Origin: Azolla caroliniana
Taxonomy: Eukaryota > Plantae > Polypodiophyta
Assembly (NCBI GenBank): GCA_043228905.1
Contig: JBHGNT010000003.1
Location: 17,422,001-17,486,000, forward strand
Length of the DNA: 64,000 nt
Reading direction: 5' to 3'
Under the pieces are notes generated by a model. It was not told where the DNA came from, searched no databases, and was given only the letters and a program-made list of their open reading frames with translations. Shown here piece after piece: positions 22,614 through 36,900 of the stretch. A program made the translations under genes and the position numbers. Within the stretch, counting starts at the first letter, position 1. Each line of letters begins with the position of its first letter.

Positions 22614-25600
22614 TCACTTGTCCGTTGGTCCTCTCAGACCCTTACCGGCCTCATTCTCCCCAGTTACCGGCTCGCCTTCTCTGCCGTCTTGGTGGTTGCC
22701 GTTTCCCTCACTGGTGTCGGTCCTTTGCTCAAATGGGTTCTTAGGCATCGGTCCTCTATATGGCTTCAATCGGAATCCGTTGACCCATTTGCCTAGCACT
22801 TCGCCGGCAAGTGTCCCTAACTGGTAGGACCCATTATACTCCCGTGTTAACCAATACGGTCCGGTCCATCTAAACCGTAGTTTACCCGGCATCTTGCCCA
22901 TCCGGGTCTGAAATACTAACACCGATTTGCCGATTACGAACATTTTTTCGTTTCCTTTCCTGTGTTGGTCGACAAATGCTTTCCGTCGCCGTTGCTCCAA
23001 TTCTAAATGCAGGATGCTGGCCAGTCGTTGTTCCTCGAGCTCACACAACGCTATCAAGCGTATTACCTCCGACTCCTTCTCGTTCAGCTGTTCCCGTAGC
23101 TGGATCCGTAAGCTGGGTACTTGGAATTCTACCGGCATGACCGCCTCTAGTCCGAACGCTAACCGGAACGGTGTTGTTCGGATGCTCGTTTTGTATGCCG
23201 TCCGGTATGCCCAAAGCGCGCTATGTAGCTTTGTGTCCCAATCCGTCCGGTTTTCGTTGACGATCTTCCGGAGGATATTCTGGAGCATCTTGTTCGTTGA
23301 TTCCGCTAAACCGTTCGCCTGTGGATAGTAAGGTGTGCTCCGTTTGTGTATAACGGCATAGAATGTCGTCAGGCTTTCCACTACTTGGCCGAGAAAGTGC
23401 CCCCCTTGGTCGATTATTAATTCAATTGGGCATCCGTAATGGCACCAGATGTACTCATATAGAAACTTCGCCGTTGACGCAGCGGTGTTATCCCTTAATG
23501 CTTTGGCCTCCACCCATTTCGTGCAATAATCCATAGCAACGATGACGTACCGATTACCCGTTCTCATTGCCGGTGGCTTGAAGGGTCCTACAAAGTCCAG
23601 CCCCCACTTCTGGAATGGCTCGAGTGGTAGTACCGGCTGGTGTGGCATACGAGCTTGCTCCGTTGGCTGGCCCATTCTCTGGCATAGGTCACATTCTTTT
23701 GCGTATCGTATCGCATCTCTTAGTGTCGTTGGCCACCATAGGCCACTTTGCCATATTTTCCTGGCCGTCGCATCTCCGGCATAGTGACCTTCGGCAACTC
23801 CGCAGTGGGCTTCCCTCAGTATCAGTTCCTTTTCATCGCTGCGCACCACCCGTCTCCATATGCCGTCCGCGCCCTTGTGGTACAGTGTGTCTTGCAGTAA
23901 GCAGAAATGTCGGCTTTGCACCGCCAGGCGTTTCCGTTCGTCCCGGTTCATCTCTTCCGGAGGCAGTCCTGTGCTCAGAAACTTGTGCATATTTGTGAGC
24001 CATTTGTCTTCCTGTGCCACCGTCTCATCTGCTGCCATCTCCGTAGTGACTCGAAACAGCTCTGCATTTGGAAACTCATCCGCTACTCCGTCACCCATCT
24101 CTCCAGACTCTAATCGGCTTAAGTAATCCGCCACGGCATGCTGTATACCGGGTTGGTGGAATATTTCAAACTCGAACTCCTGTAACAGTAAGGTCCATCG
24201 GGCCAATTTGCCGGTGAGTGACGCTTTGGACACCAGGTAAAGGAGTGTCAAATGATCTACATGGAAGGAAAACTTCCTTCCCAATAAATAATGTTGAAAC
24301 TTTGTCACACTATAGATCATCCCTAGGGCTTCCCGTTCCGTGGTAGAGTAGTTTCGTTTTGCTTGGGATAGCTTTCAGCTGGCATAGTACACTGGCCGGT
24401 ACCATTTTGGCTCCGTAAGCTGCATAAGTACGCTTCCGATTGCGATGTCGGAGGCGTCTACGAACACGTGAAATTCTTTACTCCATCCGGAGGTTGTACT
24501 ACTGGTGCCTGCGACAATAGTACCTTGAGGGCCCTATACGCTCTATCCTCGGTGTCGGTCCACTGGAATGGTGTCCGATGTACGGCGGCATGCAACGGTG
24601 TAGCCAGGTCGGCTAAGTATCGGAGCATCCGACTGTGCCACCGGATTTGGCCTAAGAACTGGCTTAATGCCTTTGCCGTTGCCGGCGCCGATGCTTCTAA
24701 TATGGCTTTCACTTTGTCTGGGTCGACTGCAATACCTTCCTGGCTCAGAATATGTCCTAATAAAGTTCCACTGGACACGCCAAATACACACTTTGCCGGA
24801 TTCAAGCTTAGCCGGTACGCTCTACACTTTTCTAGACAAAGACAGAGGTGCTGAAAATGGTCCTCCTCCCGGCTATAGACGGCGAAATCGTCAAGGAAAA
24901 CCTGCATAAAAGCCGGTATATATTCACCAAAGATTTCCATGATGATTCGTTGAAATGTTGTCGGTGCCGTTTTGAGTCCGAACATCATCACCACGGCCAC
25001 AAACACCCCCCATTCAGTGAAGAATGCCGTTTTCTCTTGGTCATCGGGGTGCATCCGGATCTGATTATACCCGCTGAATCCGTCTAGGAAGCTATAGACC
25101 TCATGGCCGGCGACGACATCAAACACTCCATCTGTGAACGGAACTGGAAACACATCCATTACCGTAGCCGCATTGAGTTTCCGGTAGTCCACACAAACTC
25201 GAATTTTTCCGTTCTTCTTCGGTACGACTACGATCGGGCTCAGCCATGTCGCTTTCTTTACCGGACGGATAAAGCCAACTCTTAGCAGTTTGTCGATTTC
25301 CTCCTTGACTTTGGCGGCATAATTGGGATTCATCCGGTACTGTCTTTGTGCCACTGGTTTTGCGTCCTTGCTCAAGTGCACCTGATGCTGGTATAACTGA
25401 GGGTCGAGTCCTCGCATATCTTCGTATGACCAGGCGAACACATCGCGGAATTCCGTGAGAAGTGTGATCATCGTTGTTTTGTCTTCGGACTTCATCTCCT
25501 TGGCCATGTGCAACGGTTTTGCTTCGTCCGTGGTGCCTAGGTTCACCTCTTCCAGTTGCGACGCTTTTACGCGCTGTGAAACGGCCATTTCCCGTTCCAA

Positions 25601-28399
25601 CGCTTCCTGCGTTTGCCGTAACTCCCGGATTGCGTCTTTATCCGGTTCTGCTTCAGCCTCTTCCGGTTGCGGTAAGTATGGTGCTACTGCTTCGGCAATG
25701 TCAATTTCGAAGAGGGGTATGATCTTCGGGTTTTCCTGTAGGTACTGAGCTTCTTCTTCGTCCGCTAACCCTTCTAGCATGTTGACGCATTCCGCATACA
25801 ACGGTCTACATTCCTTGCCAGTGCTCGTCCTTGGCTGTGTTGGTACCCGTACCTTGGCTTTTCCTCGCCGGAAGGTAATTATATTTTTCCGCCAATTCTG
25901 TTTGATATGTGCTGTTTTCAACCATGGCCGTCCCAGCAATAGCGGGTATGCGCCTTGTGCCTGTAATTGTAGCACTACGGCTGAGATGTAAAATGTATGA
26001 CCGCCGACGGTGACTTCTAATTTCCGTATTAATCCTGTCGGTCGTACTGAGCTTGTATCGGCCATCCGCAACCAGAACGGACACGGCTCCCACTCGTGGA
26101 TTCCTAGGGCATCACACGTCCGGAGGCTTATTACATTCACCCCAGAGCCTCCGTCTATAACTGTGCCGGGGAGTTCTTTCCCTTTTACAATGGCAGTGAT
26201 TACCGGACTGCTGGTGTTCACCACCGTTGGTCCCTCCTCCGAATTCGAGAAGAGTACCGGTGCCGGTGATGGTTCTCCTGCCGTCATGGCCGTCTTCAGT
26301 CCTTCCGTGAATCTTGGCACGAGTTGTAGGAGTCTTCCTAGTGGCAACGTAATCTAGCACTCTTGCAACGCCTGCCATGTCTCGTTCTCAGAGTGACTAC
26401 CGCCGGCAAGCCCTGCGGTGTTCTCCTTTTGCCGCTGTAAGTCTGTGACATTCTGTTCATTTGCTTTCTTTACCCATTCCGTTGCTTGTTTCCGGATGGT
26501 CTCCTACGTCTCCCATTCCTTGGCCATGCCCTTTGACCTTGTGGTGAGCTCCTGCAGATCTGCCACCTCAGGGACTACCATATTTACCGCCGGTCGTTTT
26601 TAATAGCTCTTCACTGGGCATTGGTTACTATAATGGCCTTCCTGTTGGCAGTAGTAGCAGTAGGCTTTCCGGGTATTGCTAGATTTGGCATTGTTTGTTG
26701 TACCCGGGGCAGGTCCTACGGTACGCGTGGGGTTTTGTACCGGTTGGCTGCTTGGAGCTCCTTGTTCCGGATCCCGAGGGTAGCCGCCTTTTTTAAAATG
26801 CCGTTTTTTGTTATAGCTCTTCTTATTACGGTACTCTTGACGGGGTTGCCCGTTATATCTGCCGTATTCCTCCCGTCGCTGACGATACCCGGGGGAGTGC
26901 TCCCGGTCGTAATGTTCGTATCGTCTATTGTAACCCTGGCACCGATCATGCGGGTCATAGTTATCCCGCCGATCACCGTACCGAACATCATTTTCCCGTC
27001 GATCGCGATGCCGGACATCCTATGCTGGTCGGTCGCGGTCCATTCGCCGACAACGTTCGTCTTCTTCATCCCGGTTGCTGCGTGGCTCAATTTGTCGGAC
27101 GGGCGGTGCTTGCTGGTTCAACAGATTATACTCGCACCTATCCGTCGTATGGCTCTTGGATTGGCAGATTACACATTGCGTCCTCATAGTGCATTCTAGA
27201 GCCGAGTGTCCGGAATTCAAGTAGGTTGTGCACTGTATTGCTTGCCGAAACCGGAGGTCTTCACCGGACGGTAACGCCCGTTGAAGTGCTCCCAGTGTGA
27301 GCCAGGAGCTTGTCTTTTCCATCTCTCTCACCTGGTCAATGACCTGGTCGATGGTACTTGTGCGGAAGTCAATTACCGTGCAAACCGTGCGTAGAGGTTC
27401 CTGGAGCGCATTTAGGAATATAGTCCGTAATTCCTCCTCCGGGGGTGCGCGGGCAAGCTAACTATGCATCCGTTGAAACCGGATGACAAATTGGGGAATG
27501 CTCTCCCCTGCCTCTTGCCAGATGGTATAAAATAAGCCTACCATTACGGTTTGGTCCACCTCCTTTTGAAGAAAATGCAAGAATTTAGCTTTTAAATCTG
27601 CAAAAGTGTTGATGGTAGATGGGTCCTGCGTCCGGTGCCATCTTGCTGCCGGTCCCTCCAATGTGACGCCAAATTCCGCTATCTTAGAGCGTTCTTCTTC
27701 CTCTGGGGTCAATTGCTAGGACACATGGTTGGCTTCCCATGTCTGTTCAAAGGCGTGCACATGAGCTTCCGCGTCCGGATCATCTCTATACTTCGAGTAC
27801 TGGAACGGCATGTCGTCGTCCGGTATCGGTGCGCGGGCTGGCAGTGTTGGTGCTTGTTCCGGAATTTTCTCCGGTGTCGGTGGTCCTTCCCGATTTGTTT
27901 CCGGCGTCGGTGGTTTTTCCTCTTCTTTTGGTGACGGAGGTCTCTCCTCTTCGACTTCCGATGTCGGAGGTCGCTCTTCTTCTGCTGGTTCCGGGGGTTC
28001 CAGCGTTAGCACTTCCGGATCCAGTGTCGGTAAGGTATCCGATCCTTCGTCCTCCAGTCCGCCTGGGGTTTCGTTGCTGCTACGGTAGTTCGTGTGCACG
28101 CTGTATTCCCCTTCGGAGTTCGATTCATATGCTGAAAAGGCTTCTGCTTCGCCTTCTCCGTTTGCCAATGCGTGGAGAAGGGTTTGGGTTTCCCGGAGGC
28201 TGCTTAGGCTGCTGTCGTCGTCCAGGTGCGATGTTTGCTGTAACCAGAGGGAGTCCTCCGCTATTCTCCGGATTACGTTGGAAAATGAGCGATCCACTCT
28301 AATTTCCTGCGCCGCTTGCTGGAAAGCCTCGCGTCTCCTTTGCCTTTCGGCAAGGCGTCAAGTTCGATCTGTAACCAGGTCGTGCGTTGATCTAGACAT
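22614..28399 (-). pseudogene. gag-pol: D Gag-Pol with stops and frameshifts
   Basis: VIDGGSGVN protease; FLDGFSGYNQI, FLDD RT; RNase H; HHCC, WGLDFVGP, GPY integrase. Confidence 0.95.
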
Positions 28400-28435
28400 C
28401 CATCTGTGCCGTCGTTCGCTGCAAAACTAGGAATC

Positions 28436-28445
28436 GTGGTCGCCA
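28436..28445 (-). other. PBS tRNA-Arg type (TGGCGACCAC), 7 nt from the LTR
   Basis: Plus strand GTGGTCGCCA; same motif in E. Confidence 0.8.
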
Positions 28446-28452
28446 AAAACTG

Positions 28453-28887
28453 TGTTAACTCTTAGGGCCGGACAATGGCCTAACACAGGGTGTCTACGGA
28501 AGACACTTCCCCAAAGGGTGTTACGGCAACCGGATCTGCCTCAATGCTTAGTCCTACTTAATTAAGTTACTTATTATGATCGTCTTTCATAACACAAGCG
28601 TAAGATATAACAATTAAGACAGAACGGCAATTAACACAGAGAGATAACAACGCTTAAGCTTTCATTAATTAACCGCTATTGATTACATTGTATCCGAGCC
28701 TTTAAATAGATTTCCGGTCTGTATTACAAAACGGTGCCATCCGCACCTGTTCGGGATCGGTCTGGATCCGGAACGGCATACCGTTTCCGGTCCGTCCGTC
28801 CACACTCATAGCTTAATTACAACCACATTCCTACTACTTAAATAACTCTCCGTTTCCCACTCTGGACTCCTTTGCCGGCCGGTAACA
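28453..28887 (-). repeat. D 5' LTR
   Basis: 435 bp, TGT..ACA termini. Confidence 0.96.
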
Positions 28888-28892
28888 GGAAC

Positions 28893-29800
28893 CTTTGTCA
28901 CCGCGTCTTGTCTTATTCATGGCTCTTCCTCCATCTTGGGTTCTACCACTATTGAACAGGTCTTCCCCCTACTGCTCCATGTCATGCTTCCTTGGCCGAC
29001 GCTAGAGGGGTTCGGCTGGCTCTTCTTCCGCCTCTTCCTCCATGGTTCCTGTGTTCACCCTCTGGACCAGGTCGTCTGTGTCCGTGTCCTGTCTGCGCAG
29101 CTTGATTTTAATTGGTTTGGCCATTTTTTCCGAAGCGAACTCCACCGGTTCCTTGCTCCGGGTTGTCTGTATTTCTTCCCACTGAGATAACTCCCCGTCC
29201 ATCCACCCGGGGTTGTGCTTTGACAGGAGTTGTTTCCGTTTGGATGTCTTATTTACTGTGGTTTCCGATGGGGCCCGTTTCTTCAGCTTGATGGTGCATA
29301 TTGGGGGTACGAACCCGCACCAAGCCTTCTTGCCCTCTATGATTGTGTGGATGCTTGCCCTCAACACATCTGCCACGATTACCGATCAGTCCACTTTGAT
29401 GCCTTCAAATGTGGCGATGATAAAACCGGCTTTGTTCTTCGGCATGGACAGTGGGCGAGGGTGTACAAAACCATATTCTAACAACACACGAGCCACCTTC
29501 CTAAACAGGGGATCCTCGCCACCTTGTGTGCGATACGCTTTGCTAGCGAGTGAATACTCCCCGAAGTATTTTGTCAGTATCTCTGTGGAGGGGTTTTCTA
29601 TAGAGTACAATCCTCCGGCAAGCAATCCTACTAGGGCTTGCACTGTGCCTTCGGATATTTCTATGAGGCCTATTATGGAAGTGACCTTCTCCGGTTCTTC
29701 ATATGGTGGCACATCCGCTACCCGAAGGAAGCCTTCCCATCCGTGTTTGGTGAGCCAGTCCCTTGTCGCGGTCGCGAGTGTCATCGGTTCTGTGTCGTCT
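28893..29800 (-). pseudogene. E extra 3' ORF, N-terminal globular domain
   Basis: WL..H.W.GFL...YFGEYS...KAY.T.GG...VAR.LLE.GFV.PR...MPK..AGFIIA matches the F ORF starting at 57504. Confidence 0.85.
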
Positions 29801-30109
29801 TCTTCAACTGCACTGTTGTGGTGATGTGCTTGAGGTTGGTTGATTGCCTATGCTTTTCCGGCAGCCTATGTGCTCTGTTGTGTTCTCAAAAGCCTTGTTT
29901 TGGGAAATGACAGGCTTTCGGTCATCTAGAAGTTTTGTAGCCCCATTTTTTCAGCCGCCTTTTCTTGCTTCCCGCACATGCATGTCGTGTACCATAATAG
30001 TATGATTACGCCATGTGGTATGCTTTAAATGGCTGATGTCATGCCTTTTCGTGGTGACCGTTCATCATATCGAATTGTATCGTTTTTTTTTCTCTTTTCA
30101 TACTGGACT

Positions 30110-32920
30110 ACTTGTCTGTCGTACCCGAAGGTATCGACTTCGTTGTCGGTGCAGGTTCACCGGTTATTCCTTTCGTGCTGGTCTGCGGTTGTTTGAACGG
30201 GTTCTTCGGCATTGGTCCTTGGTATGGTTTTTACTGGAAAACGTTCACCCACTTGTCCAATACTTCGCCGACTAGCGTGCCTAATTGGTACGATCCCATG
30301 AATTCCCTAGTAATCCAAAATGGTCCGGTCCACCGAATCACAGCTTCCCCGACATCTTGCCCATCCGGGTCTGGAATACTAGCATTGGCTTGCTGATGCC
30401 GAACCCTTTTTCATTTCCTTTTCTGTGCCAGTCCATAAAGGCTCTCCTCCTACGTTGTTCGAGCTCCAACTGCAACACACTAGCTATTTGGTGTTCTTCT
30501 AGTTCACACAGTGTTGCCAACCGGATCTCTTCCGATTCCTACTCGTTTAACCGTTCCCGGACCTGTATCCGTAAGCTGGGAATTTGAAATTCCATAGGCA
30601 TGATTGCCTCCAATCCGAATGTCAATCGGAATGTTGTCGTCCGGATGCTTGTTTTGTAAGTTGTCCAGTATGCCCATAACGTGTTGTGTAGTTTAGTGTC
30701 CCAGTTTGTCCAGTTCTCCTTGACGATCTTCCGGAGAATATTTTGAAAGGTTTTGTTTTTGGACTCTGCCAATCCATTTGCCTGCGGATAGTAAGGTGTG
30801 TTGCGTTTATGCACTACCACGTAGAACGACGTCAAGCTTTCCATGACTTTCCCTAGGAAGTGACCGCCTTGGTCGCTGATGAGCTCAATCGGGCATCCTT
30901 ATCGGCACCATATGTGTTCATATAAAAATTTCGTCGTTGATACCACGGTGTTGTCCCTAAGAACTTCAACTTCTACCCATTTTATGCAATAGTTGGTTGC
31001 GACGATGACGTACCGGTTTCCCGTTCGCATTGTCGGAGGCTTGAATGACCCTACGAAGTCCAATCCCCATTTCTGAAAAGGTTCAGGTGGCAATACGGGT
31101 TGATGGGGCATCCGCGCTTGTTCTGTGGGTTGACCCACCCTTTGGCAAAGATCACATTCTTTACATTACCGGATTGAGTCTTTCAGGGTTGTCGGCCATC
31201 GTAGACCACTTCTCCAAATCTTCCGGGCAGTGGCGTCTCCAGCATAGTGGCCTCCGGCAATGCCGCAATGGGCCTCTCATAAAATCGCTTCCTTTTCATC
31301 ACTCCTTAGCGTGCGCCACCAGATTCCATCCACTCCCTTGTGATAGAGTGTATCCTGTATTAAACAAAAATGCCAACTCTGGACCGACAATTGTTTTTGT
31401 TCATCCCCACTTAGCTCTTCCGGAGGCAGTCCAATACTTAGGAACTGATGCATGTTGGTAAGCCATATATCCTTGCCGGCCACTGTCTCATCCAGTATCG
31501 TATCCGCAGTGACTTTGAATAGCTCCGCATTCGGGAACCTATCCCAGACTCCGTCACCTGCCTCTCCGGATTCCAGCTAGCTCAAGTAGTCGACTTTGAA
31601 TAGCTTCGCATCCGGGAACCTATCCCGGACTCTGTCACCTGCCTCTCCAGATTCCAGCTGGCTGAAGTAGTCCGTCACCGTGTGTTGTACTCCCAGTTGG
31701 TGGAATATTTCGAATTCTAATTCTTGCAGTAGGAATGTCCACCATGCTAATTTACCAGTAGTGATGCCTTGGATACAAAATATACTAGCGCCGAATGGTT
31801 CACATGGAAGGAAAACTTGCGCTCTAACAGATAGTGTCGGTACTTTGTGACGCTATATATCATTCTGAGGGCTGCTCTCTCCATTGTAGAATAATTCCGT
31901 TCTGCCTTCGAGAGTTTCCAGCTCGTGTAATACACTGGATGGTACCACCTAGGAGAACACTTCCTATTGCTACGTTGGACGCGTCCACGAACACGTGAAA
32001 ATCTTTCGTCCAGTCCGGAGGTTGTACTACCGGGGCCTGTGACAACATCACCTTCAATGCTTGGTACACTTTATCCTCTTGTTCCATCCATTGAAAGGGT
32101 GCCCGGTGCACCGTTGCATGTAGTGGAGTTGCGAAGTCTGTAGGTATCGAAGCATCGGCCTGTGCCACCGAATTTGTCCTAAAAACCGACTCAATGCCTT
32201 GGCGTTAGTTGGTGCTGATGCTTTTAAGATGGTTGTCAACTTGTCCAGATCCACCGCGATTCCCTCTGCGTTCGGTTTGTCTCGAGACTTTGGGTACGGG
32301 TATGGCATGGTGTCGTCATCGAAGGGTAGTATTGGGGGTGATGCCGGTGTCTGAACCTCTTCTTTCTCCACCTTGTGGTTCGGTGGTGGCATTGGTACAT
32401 GATTGTTCTTTTTCTCTGATTGTTGATCCGGTGGTGATGCCGATACACACTTGACTGTTTTCTCCGACTGGTGGTCTTGGTTTGTTTCGTGGCCCAGTGG
32501 TGTGGGCAAGGTTGTGTCTACTTCTAGTGTCGGCGTGTGCTCCGAACCGTCTTCCTCTGGATTGTCCGGGTTGTCGTGATTGCTTAGATAATTCTACTGC
32601 ACGTTGTGCTCGCTGTTCGATTCTGACTCCAAATTGCAAAAGTCTTCCGATTCTCCGGCGCCTGTGGCGAGGCTTTGTAGTATCAATTCTACTTGCCGTA
32701 AACTGCTCAGGCTACTGCCTTCGTCAGTATATTGTTGGTTCTGCAACCAGAGTGACTCCTCCACGACTTGCCGAATCGTTCTAGGAAAAGACCGGTCCTG
32801 CTGGATCTCCTCGGCCGCTCGCTGGTAGGCCTCCCACCTTTGCAGTCTCTCGGCTAGTCTTCTCGCTCGTTCGGCAACTAGGCCGTTTGTTGGTCTAGTC
32901 ATCCATTCCCCGATGTTCAT
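30110..32920 (-). pseudogene. gag-pol: E gag N-part fused to RT tail, RNase H and integrase remnants
   Basis: KSRDKPNAE|GIAVDLDK junction; WGLDFVG; YYPQANGLAES. Confidence 0.9.
31511..31672. repeat. 81-bp tandem duplication in E pol
   Basis: GACTTTGAATAGC...AAGTAGTC at 31511 and 31592. Confidence 0.9.
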
Positions 32921-32937
32921 CGTGGTCGCCAAAATTG

Positions 32938-33401
32938 TGTTAATCTTGGGCCTGACGAGCCACTAACACAAGGTGTCCTTCCGAATCACTTCACCAAAGG
33001 GGAGGTTAAGGGGTAAATGCTTTTGAAACAAATATCACTTTATCCGTCTGGTTCCGTATTATGAACATACATAGATTGATTACATGCGTAAGATAAGACA
33101 ATAAGCATAGAACGGAAGGTACATAGATACACAATAATCTCAAAGATAATTCTACTTATATTAATTCTGTCCTTTAATACAACATTCTTCAAATCCTTTT
33201 ATAGGTATCCGGTTCTAATTACAAAACGGTGCCATACCGACAACCGCCAACGAATTAGTCCGCATCTGGATTGGTGCCACTCTTCTGGATCCATCCGTTC
33301 TTATTATAAATCTAACTCATTATTAACTAATATTCATCACTTAATTTTCGTTTCTGACTCATTCGTCCACTTGTCTTTCATACTCCAGCCACCGGCCAAC
33401 A
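32938..33401 (-). repeat. E 5' LTR
   Basis: TGTTAA...CCAACA; shares blocks with the D LTR (ATTACAAAACGGTGCCAT, GCGTAAGATA). Confidence 0.85.
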
Positions 33402-33957
33402 GTTTTGTTGTTCTCTGCATCACTCGTCTTCCCCATCTATGTTGAAGCACTGGTTTCCCCATCTTCTCCTTCCCTCTGTATGTCTCTTACAATTCTCTAC
33501 AATGGCTTTAGTATTGATTAGAGCTATGATTTATGGTGTAGGTTATTTCAGAATAGTTTTTTAGGCTTTATTATTTATATTTTATCCTTTCGAATACAAA
33601 ATTTCGCGTTAGTTTATGTTGAACAGATTAGTGTATCGTCTTCATGATCATCATGATTATTATTGTCATTGTCATGTCCATCTACTTCTTCATCATTATC
33701 ATATTACATTGATAATACTGTTATTTGTATTATTTCTTGGTCTCAAGGGCGTATAGTCTCTCTCCCCATCTAGCATGCACATGTGGATAACCTCGGCTCT
33801 AAATTTCCAAAGTCGTGACAACTTACCAAAAAAACTTTTGTATAGCTCTCCTTCTCTCTTCTTGTTCCCATAAAGTCTATGTTCGGTTGTTCATTGTTCC
33901 TCGCCACAACACCTAAACCCTGAGTTTTATAATAACTTAATGTTATGGGCAAAGAAG

Positions 33958-36900
33958 TGTAAAAGAATACGTTGTGGGGAAGCGTGTGCGTAAACACAGA
34001 GTATACAGTTCAAAGGAACAAGACATTTCGGTAAAACACAGAAAATGCAGAGATGGGGATGGAGATGGAGATGGAGAGACAGAGATAGAGAGAGCAGACA
34101 ACAGAGAAAAAAACTTCAATTCAAAATAATGACTCTCTATATCTACATAGATGCTCAATGAGCATCTTTTATACAAGCCTTGACAATCGGGCTGACACAA
34201 ATATTGATAGTACTTGACGCTCATAAATGAGCCGCTACACTCAATCCCAAAATTATTCCTTTCAAGGAATATCTTTCCAACGGCCTCGCGGTTTACGCAC
34301 TGCTACGGCCTATTGTGCGCATGGTTTTATGCACCCAGTTTACGCACCCGATTACGCACCAAATGTTGAGCTTGTCTCTCAACACTCCCCCTCAAGCTCA
34401 ACTTGAGGTTTCGTCCGTTCTTCCAGATCTACGCTTCGGTTCCTTCTGGCTTCACACCTCATTCGCGCTCTGATTCCGTGCGCTTCGACCCTCCCGGTCG
34501 GCTTGTCTGCTTGTTCAGCCCTTCTCAGCTCCCTTGCTGTCGTGGTGTCGGCGCGTCCTTCGCTGCCCTTTTCTCCGCATGGCCTCCAATTGATTTAGCG
34601 TATGTGAATCGAACATTCCAATTGAATCGAACACTTCCGATTCAATTCCGCTCTCATCTGAATGGGCTGTCTCCAATTCATCTCCTGTCTTTAGGCCTTT
34701 GACAACTTCCGACCACGTCTTCATCTTGGCCTTATCTCCCCCTGATTCGGCCGTCTTTGACTCTTCCCTACGATTGTGGCCCTTGCTCTCTTCTTCGGCT
34801 TCTTCATCCGGTCCGAAATCGAATTCTTCATCCGATTCCTCATCACAGTCACTTCCGTCGTGATGAACACCCCCACTCCTTTCATGCTCTTGTTCTTGTT
34901 CTTCCTTTCTCCCCCTCAAGGTCAGCATGTCGAGGTGACACAACCCTAGCTCACTCGAGAAATGTCGTAACTTGTCGAGACCAAGAGGCTTGGTGAAGAT
35001 GTCGGCAACCTACCGATCAGTCGGAACATGCACCAGTTCAACTTCACCTGAAAGGACCCGCTCGCAGACAAAATGGTAATGCACCTCAATGTGCTTGGTC
35101 CGGGCGTGGAACACGGGGTTCTTTGCAAGGTGGATACTGCTAAGGTTGTCACAATGGATCGTTGTCGGATCAGACACCTCTACTTGCAGGTCCCGTAATA
35201 GTTGATTGAGCCAAATGACTTCACACGTAGCGACAATCGCCCCTCAATATTCGGCCTTCGTGCTCGACAGTGCTACTGTCGGTTGCTTCTTGCTGCTCCA
35301 TGCGATCTCCGCACTTCCCAATGAGAATGTGTATCCAGATGTGGATTGACTATCGTGGGCGTTTCCGGCCCAATCAACATCCGTGTAGCTGACTAACTGT
35401 TCGGTTATGCCTGCCCGATAAAACAACGCCATTTCTTTCATGCCATTGACATAACGCAGTATCCGTTGTGCGCACTGAAGGTGTTTAGCCGTAGGCTGGG
35501 ACATGAATTGACTGATTAAGATCCAGCCGAGTAATCGTCAAATAGATAAGGCTCCCAACAATCTGTCGGAACCGTGTCAGGTCGCACGGCTTGCTTGAAT
35601 CTGGGTGAAGCTTCACGTTTCTATCTAGAGGGGTCGAGATGGGCTTACAGTTTTCCATCCCGAACTTGAAGAGCATATTCAACGCGTAATGAGGTTGGCT
35701 GATCAATATGCCTTTGGGGGCACGGATCACTTCGATCTCGAGGAAGTAATGAAGGTCGCCGAGATCCTTCATCTCAAATGATGCCGCAAGCTGAGACTTC
35801 ATGCGGCAGATTTCGTCAAGGTCGGCACCGGCGATGACTAAATCATCAACTTACAAGAGCAGACTGATCGGTCCATATTGTCCTTGCCGAACAAATAGAG
35901 AAGAGTCTGATTTCGACGGCGCAAACCCCATCCTACGCAACTGTTGCGTAATCTTTGCATTCCAAGCTCACGGGGCTTGCTTTAGTCCATATAAAGGTTT
36001 CTTCAATCGGCAGACTGCTGAGGTGTTTTGTTCGGATAGAAATCCGGGGGGTTGTACCATGTACACCTGTTCCTCAAGATCACCTTGTAGGAATGCATTC
36101 TTTACATCCATCTGATGTAAGTGCCACCCCTTTGCTGCTGCTACGACGAGCAGGACTCACATGGTAGTCATCTTTGCGACAGGTGCGAAGGTCTCTTCAT
36201 AGTCCACACTGTGCTTCTACGCGTAGCCTTTTGCTACTAAACAGACCTTGTAGCAGTTGATGGAGCCGTCCGTGTTGTGTTTCACTTTATACACCCACCA
36301 GCAGCCGATCAACCAGGTCCCATATCTAGTTCTGCGTTAAGGCGCACATCTCTTCCTCCATTGCGGCACACCAATGTTCGTCCTTAGCTGCTTCTGCATA
36401 GCTCTTTGGCTCATGCACTTCCGCCACTCCCGTCATGTACGCGTAATGGTGCATCATGTACTCATTATACCCATATCTCTTTATAGGGTTTTTGAGGCGG
36501 GTAGATCGGCGTAATTCGTGATTACCCGATTTCACGACCTTTTCGGCTACCGTCGACCTCTTCCGTGGAGGTTCCTTTTCAGTTTGCCCATAGTCAAAGT
36601 CACTCCGATCTGACTCAGCGCTACCGAAGTCATATTCCGGCATTTTCTTCTTGCCTTTTTCCTTGCCCGTAAGTCGTCTCCTCGGCTTCCTGCGCGGGGA
36701 ATGCACGGCCGAGTCTCCACTACTCGCCGTCTCATCATCTGGTTGGCCATCTCGGCCCAACCCCTCATTTGGCCTGCTTAGCTGAAATAAGATCAGACTC
36801 TCTCTCAGAGCTCCGACGTCCTCATCATGCGGAGGCATTTCAGTCTCACTGATTTCTTCTTCAGAAATCGGAATGGAGTCAGGAGGTTTTGGAGGAGAAG

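Larger units (their letters stand above)
20041..28887 (-). mobile_element. Athila-like (non-chromovirus, no extra RNase H seen) Gypsy element D, full length
   Basis: 435-bp LTRs, TSD GGAAC (20036-20040, 28888-28892), PBS-Arg, gag-PR-RT-RH-INT plus 3' extra ORF. Confidence 0.96.
19945..33401 (-). mobile_element. Athila-like Gypsy element E, 3'-truncated and internally deleted; hosts D
   Basis: 5' LTR 32938-33401, PBS TGGCGACCAC 32922-32931, gag/RH/INT remnants, extra ORF; TSD of D joins 20040 to 28893; left boundary approximate. Confidence 0.82.

Noticed and set aside
33911-33923. Telomere repeat
   Set aside because: A single partial CCTAAACCCT unit only
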